Shown here one piece after another: positions 34,706 to 38,433 of a DNA stretch of 38,433 nt (the first letter of the stretch is position 1; each line of letters opens with the position of its first letter). This stretch comes from Chiloscyllium plagiosum (taxonomy: Eukaryota), in NCBI RefSeq assembly GCF_004010195.1, contig NC_057755.1, forward strand, positions 6,431,474-6,469,906, in the 5' to 3' direction. The translations under genes and the position numbers were made by a program. Below the pieces are notes generated by a model, which saw only the letters and a list, made by a program, of their open reading frames with translations, did no database searches and was not told the DNA's origin.

Positions 34706-35107
34706 CAATTTGCTCGACGCAGCGCAAAAACGTTTCAGCTGGAACAACCATGATCTTGCTTTTCTTAAGACTGGGAAAATTTGAAAGGCTTTGAAAACAC
34801 AACCATAACCGGAACCTAAACCAAGGACACTCAGAGACGGGTCAGGAAGGCGGGACTCTCTCTCGCAGATCTGAAAGGTTCACATTTCGATCTTCGTCAG
34901 TGTCTAATCTGTTCATAAAAAAAAGTCGTTCATTTTGGAAGGGATAAGAAAAACACGATTATTTTAAAGGCAAAAACTAACTTGAGGGAAGTGGAGTTAA
35001 GGCTGTGGATCATTGTACGGGTCAAGCATATAATTCTTGAATGGCAAACAACCTGAAGGGGACAACTGGTCTACTCGTGTTCCTATTTCTTATGACTTTA
35101 CAAGCTA

Positions 35108-35425
35108 CGGCATAGTGGTTCATTGGTCAGCACTGCTGCCTCACTGTGCCAAGGATCCGGGTTCAATTACAGTCTCAGGCAATTATCTGTGTGGAGTTTG
35201 CCAATTCTCCCTGAGTCTGCACAGGCTTCCTCCCACAATCCAAAGATTGTCAATTGGCTATGCTAAATTTCATGTCATGTGCAGGTGAGGTGCATTCATC
35301 TGGGGTAAATGTAGAGTAATAGAGTAGGGGGATGAGTCTGTGTAGTTTACTCTTGGAGGGTCGGTGTGAACCTGTTGGGCCAAGGGGCCTGTTTCCGCAC
35401 CGGTGCGGTTCTATAATTCTATTGT
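35108..35425 (+). mobile_element. V-SINE (HE1-like), duplicated copy of 12873-13232
   Basis: Same body and same flanks on both sides. Confidence 0.78.
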
Positions 35426-35805
35426 ATGACACGAAAGTACAAAGAAATCTCGCTCAAACTCTTGAGAAAGAAACACTTGACCCGAAGGGGTAACTCTGAT
35501 TTCTCTCCACAGATACTAGCAGAGATGCTCACACTCCCAGCAATTTCTGATGTTGTTTCTGATTGCCATCATCTGCATTTCTTTTGGCTTTTATCCACTG
35601 GATCCAGTGTATTTCTGTAACACAGCCATTGGCACACAATATCCACAGAACAAAATAACACTTCAACTCTCTCAAATAAATATGATGGAAGGAATTGAAA
35701 CATTTTAACCTGTGGGAGCCTTATGTGGACGTTATTGAGAATGAGTTCGAGCTCAGCTGGCCTGCTGTTTTGTCTTTCGAGAATTGAAAGGAATTATGTT
35801 TAAAC

Positions 35806-36315
35806 TCCATTTCCCAAATAAAAGCAAATTACTGCGGATGCTGGAATTTTGAAACCAAAAGAGAAAATGCTGGAAAATCTCAGCAGGTCTGGCAGCATCT
35901 GTAAGGAGAGAAAAGAGCTGACGTCAGCTCTTTTCTCTCCTTACAGATGCTGCCAGACCTGCTGAGATTTTTGAGCATTTACTCTTTTGGTTTCAGTTCC
36001 AGCATCCACAGTAATTTGCTTTTATTCAGTGTTTAACCCACTGCCACCACTCTTCCAGGAATGCCTACGCTGAAGAAGTATTGCTCTTCTCTCCGACAGG
36101 ATTTTCGTTTGTCTCTCTCTCTCCCCCTGTCCACCTTCACTGCTTTCCTTTTCTCTCTCAGTGTTAGACAAGGTATTTAATAAGGCTCGCTTCCACAGCC
36201 ATATTTCCTTCCTTAGTGAGTGTCTTCGGAGCTTTGACAAAGGGTCAGTCTGACTCAAAACGTCAGCTCTTTTCTCTGCTTACAGATGCTGTCAGACCTG
36301 CTGAGACTTTTCACG
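35806..36315 (+). mobile_element. Penelope-like insertion with a 210-bp palindrome
   Basis: Palindrome 35817-36026 centred on gctgac|gtcagc; a further direct copy of the arm at 36260-36311 follows a decayed hammerhead (tttgacaaagggtcagtctgactcaaaacgtc). Confidence 0.75.
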
Positions 36316-36562
36316 TTCCAAATCCCTGCAACAAAATGTCTCAAGCAAAACACATGAAGTATATGCACCGCTGTTGGACTGGGCTGGACAAAGTCAAAAA
36401 TCACACCACGCTGGGTTATTGTCCAACAGGTATATTAGAACCCACAGGAAGGACAGTGAGCAAATTGAAGAAGGGGCGTTACACAAAAACCGTCTGGTTC
36501 TAAACCAACTCCAATACAGACACCAGTTTTTCAGGGGGGGGGTGAGCAGACACGTGGCCTTT

Positions 36563-36637
36563 GGTCCCCTAGTGTAGTGGTCACCATGTCGGCTTTACAC
36601 GCAGAAGGTATTTAAGGTTTGAACGCCAGTGGTACCA
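36563..36637 (+). pseudogene. tRNA-Val(TAC) pseudogene
   Basis: ggtcccctagtgtagtggtcaccatgtcggctttacacgcagaaggt...ccagtggtacca; TAC anticodon kept, T arm and B box disrupted. Confidence 0.85.
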
Positions 36638-36774
36638 TCGAGTTTTGGTGCACTTGGACTGAAATGGGTTGGGAAATTGTGATAACGTGCATGTTGCCAT
36701 TCAAGTATGAACCAAAAATCCAATGCGCTGAATCGAAATATTGACATATTATGTCGAGCTCACCAGGCAGTGAG

Positions 36775-37100
36775 ACAGTCTTAGAGATGTACGGCACCGA
36801 AATAGACCCTTTCGTCCAACTCATCCACACTGACCAAATATCCTTCGCTAATTTAACCCCATTTCTCCACATTTTACCCTCAAAAATCTTCCTGTTCATA
36901 TACCTATGTGAAAGCCTTTGAATTATTGTAATTGTACCAGCCTCCACCACTTCCTCTGGCAGCTCATTCCATACGCGCACCACCCTCGATGTGAAAACTT
37001 GGCCGCTTACGTCCCTTGTAAATTTTTCCCTCTCCCCCTGAACTTATGACTTCCAGTTCTGGACTCCCACACCAGAGGGAAAAGACCTTGTCTACTTACC
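36775..37100 (-). mobile_element. CR1 3' fragment
   Basis: VRVWNELPEEVVEAGTI motif and UTR. Confidence 0.82.
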
Positions 37101-37920
37101 TGTGTGATGGTTTTGTTTGTTTGAAAACTCAACAAAAGAAAACGGGAGGGAAAGACAGAGAAAGACCGAACTCCCCCAGAGACTCATTGAATTGAATTGA
37201 AATGGTCTTAGTTCCACGATTATCACATTTTATCCCCCAGGCCTATACACTTCTCACTTCACTCTGACATCAGAATGCCGACTTTGGAGGGAGTTTCTCA
37301 TTTAAGGTATTAATTCCTTCCTCGGGGAGTCCTGCCTCCCACATCCTGAGCATTAACCTGTATGCGTCACAATCCCAGGGCCCTGGTTACTTTAACCCCA
37401 GGCTTCAAACCTGTTTTAAAATTGACAGGGCCGCAGTCTGACTGGACCCAGTTAACCAGAAGCCCCTACAAACCAGGCCCCATCTCCCCAAGAGGATATT
37501 AACCTCGGGATAATAAACAGACCACCACTCACCTTGGCCCCAAGAATCACTTGACCCGAAGGGGTAACTGATTTCTCTCCACAGATGCTACCAGTGTTGC
37601 TCAGCTTTTCCAGCGATTTATGATGTTGTTTCTGATTGCCATCATCCTCATTTCTTTCGGCTTTTATCCACTCTGTCTAGCGTGTTTCTGTAATACAGCC
37701 ATTTCCAAACACTCTCCACAGTCCAAGCCCAAAAATAACACTTCAACTCTCCTAAATAAGTACTACAGAAGGAATTGAAACATTTTAACCTGTGGGAGTG
37801 TCACTAAGAATGAGTTCGAGCTCAGCTGGCCTGCTGTTTTGTCTTTCGAGACTTGAAACAAATCAGGTTTAAACCTGACACGCATTGATTGTTTGTTCAC
37901 AGAACATGGAAATCCGCTTT

Positions 37921-37924
37921 AAAA
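37921..37924 (-). terminator. Pol III T4 terminator of tRNA-Lys
   Basis: AAAA on the plus strand, 4 nt past the tRNA 3' end. Confidence 0.75.
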
Positions 37925-37928
37925 GCAA

Positions 37929-38001
37929 CGCCCGAACAGGGACTTGAACCCTGGACCCTCAGATTAAAAGTCTGATGCTCTACCGACTGAGCTATCCGGG
38001 C
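37929..38001 (-). tRNA. tRNA-Lys(TTT), intact
   Basis: Same 73-nt sequence as 13811-13883; T4 terminator at 37921-37924; flanks homologous to the 13.8 kb unit. Confidence 0.97.
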
Positions 38002-38062
38002 TCTTTTTGTTTGGGGAGTGCAGTGACACACACTGGTAAAAAGAGATTATTGCACTGACTCA

Positions 38063-38433
38063 CTTCACGCCTCCTGGCAGAGCGCTTTCGAGAACATCTC
38101 CGGGACACCCGCACCAATCAACCACACCGGCCCAACATTTCAACTCCCCCCTCCCACTCTGCCGAGGACATGGTGGTCCTGGGCCTCCTTCACCACCAGA
38201 CGCCTGGAGGAAAAACGCCTCATCTTCCGCCTCGGAACACTTCAACCCCAGGGCATCAATGTGGACTTCAACAGTTTCCTCATTTCCCCTTCCCCCACCT
38301 CGCCCTAGTTCCAAACTTCCAGCTCAGCACTGTCCCCATGACTTGTCCGGACTTGTCCTACCTGCCTATCTCCTTTTCCACCTATCCACTCCACCCTCTC
38401 CTCCCTGACCTATCACCTTCATCCCCTCCCCCA
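38063..38433 (+). mobile_element. Penelope-like element, GIY-YIG C-terminus and 3' region
   Basis: RFREHLRDTRTNQPHRP...HFNSP...RLEEKRLIFRLGTLQPQGINVDFNSF (frameshifted); overlaps the peptide at 4674-4815. Confidence 0.82.

Overview
Eukaryotic, repeat-dominated genomic DNA with three N gaps and no intact protein-coding gene. The repeat content (HE1/V-SINE-like, CR1, Tx1, Penelope-like) suggests a cartilaginous fish such as a shark; this is inference. The backbone is a decaying, segmentally duplicated array of divergent tRNA-Lys(TTT, minus strand) / tRNA-Val(TAC, plus strand) units. Two Lys genes are perfect (13811-13883, 37929-38001); five other Lys copies and all six Val copies are degenerate. 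The array is invaded by CR1 LINEs (one near full length, 8.1-12.7 kb), a Tx1-type LINE fragment, SINEs, a 70-bp satellite and microsatellites. The most unusual signal is a set of short Penelope-like terminal-repeat insertions that carry minimal hammerhead-ribozyme cores or remnants (CTGANGA...GAAA). Most form hairpins and six are flanked by 10-17 bp target-site duplications. Three older remnants of the same type are built into the tRNA repeat unit, and Penelope GIY-YIG endonuclease fragments lie at 4.7 kb and 38.1 kb. Family names come from motif recognition by eye, not database searches, and most mobile-element boundaries are approximate.
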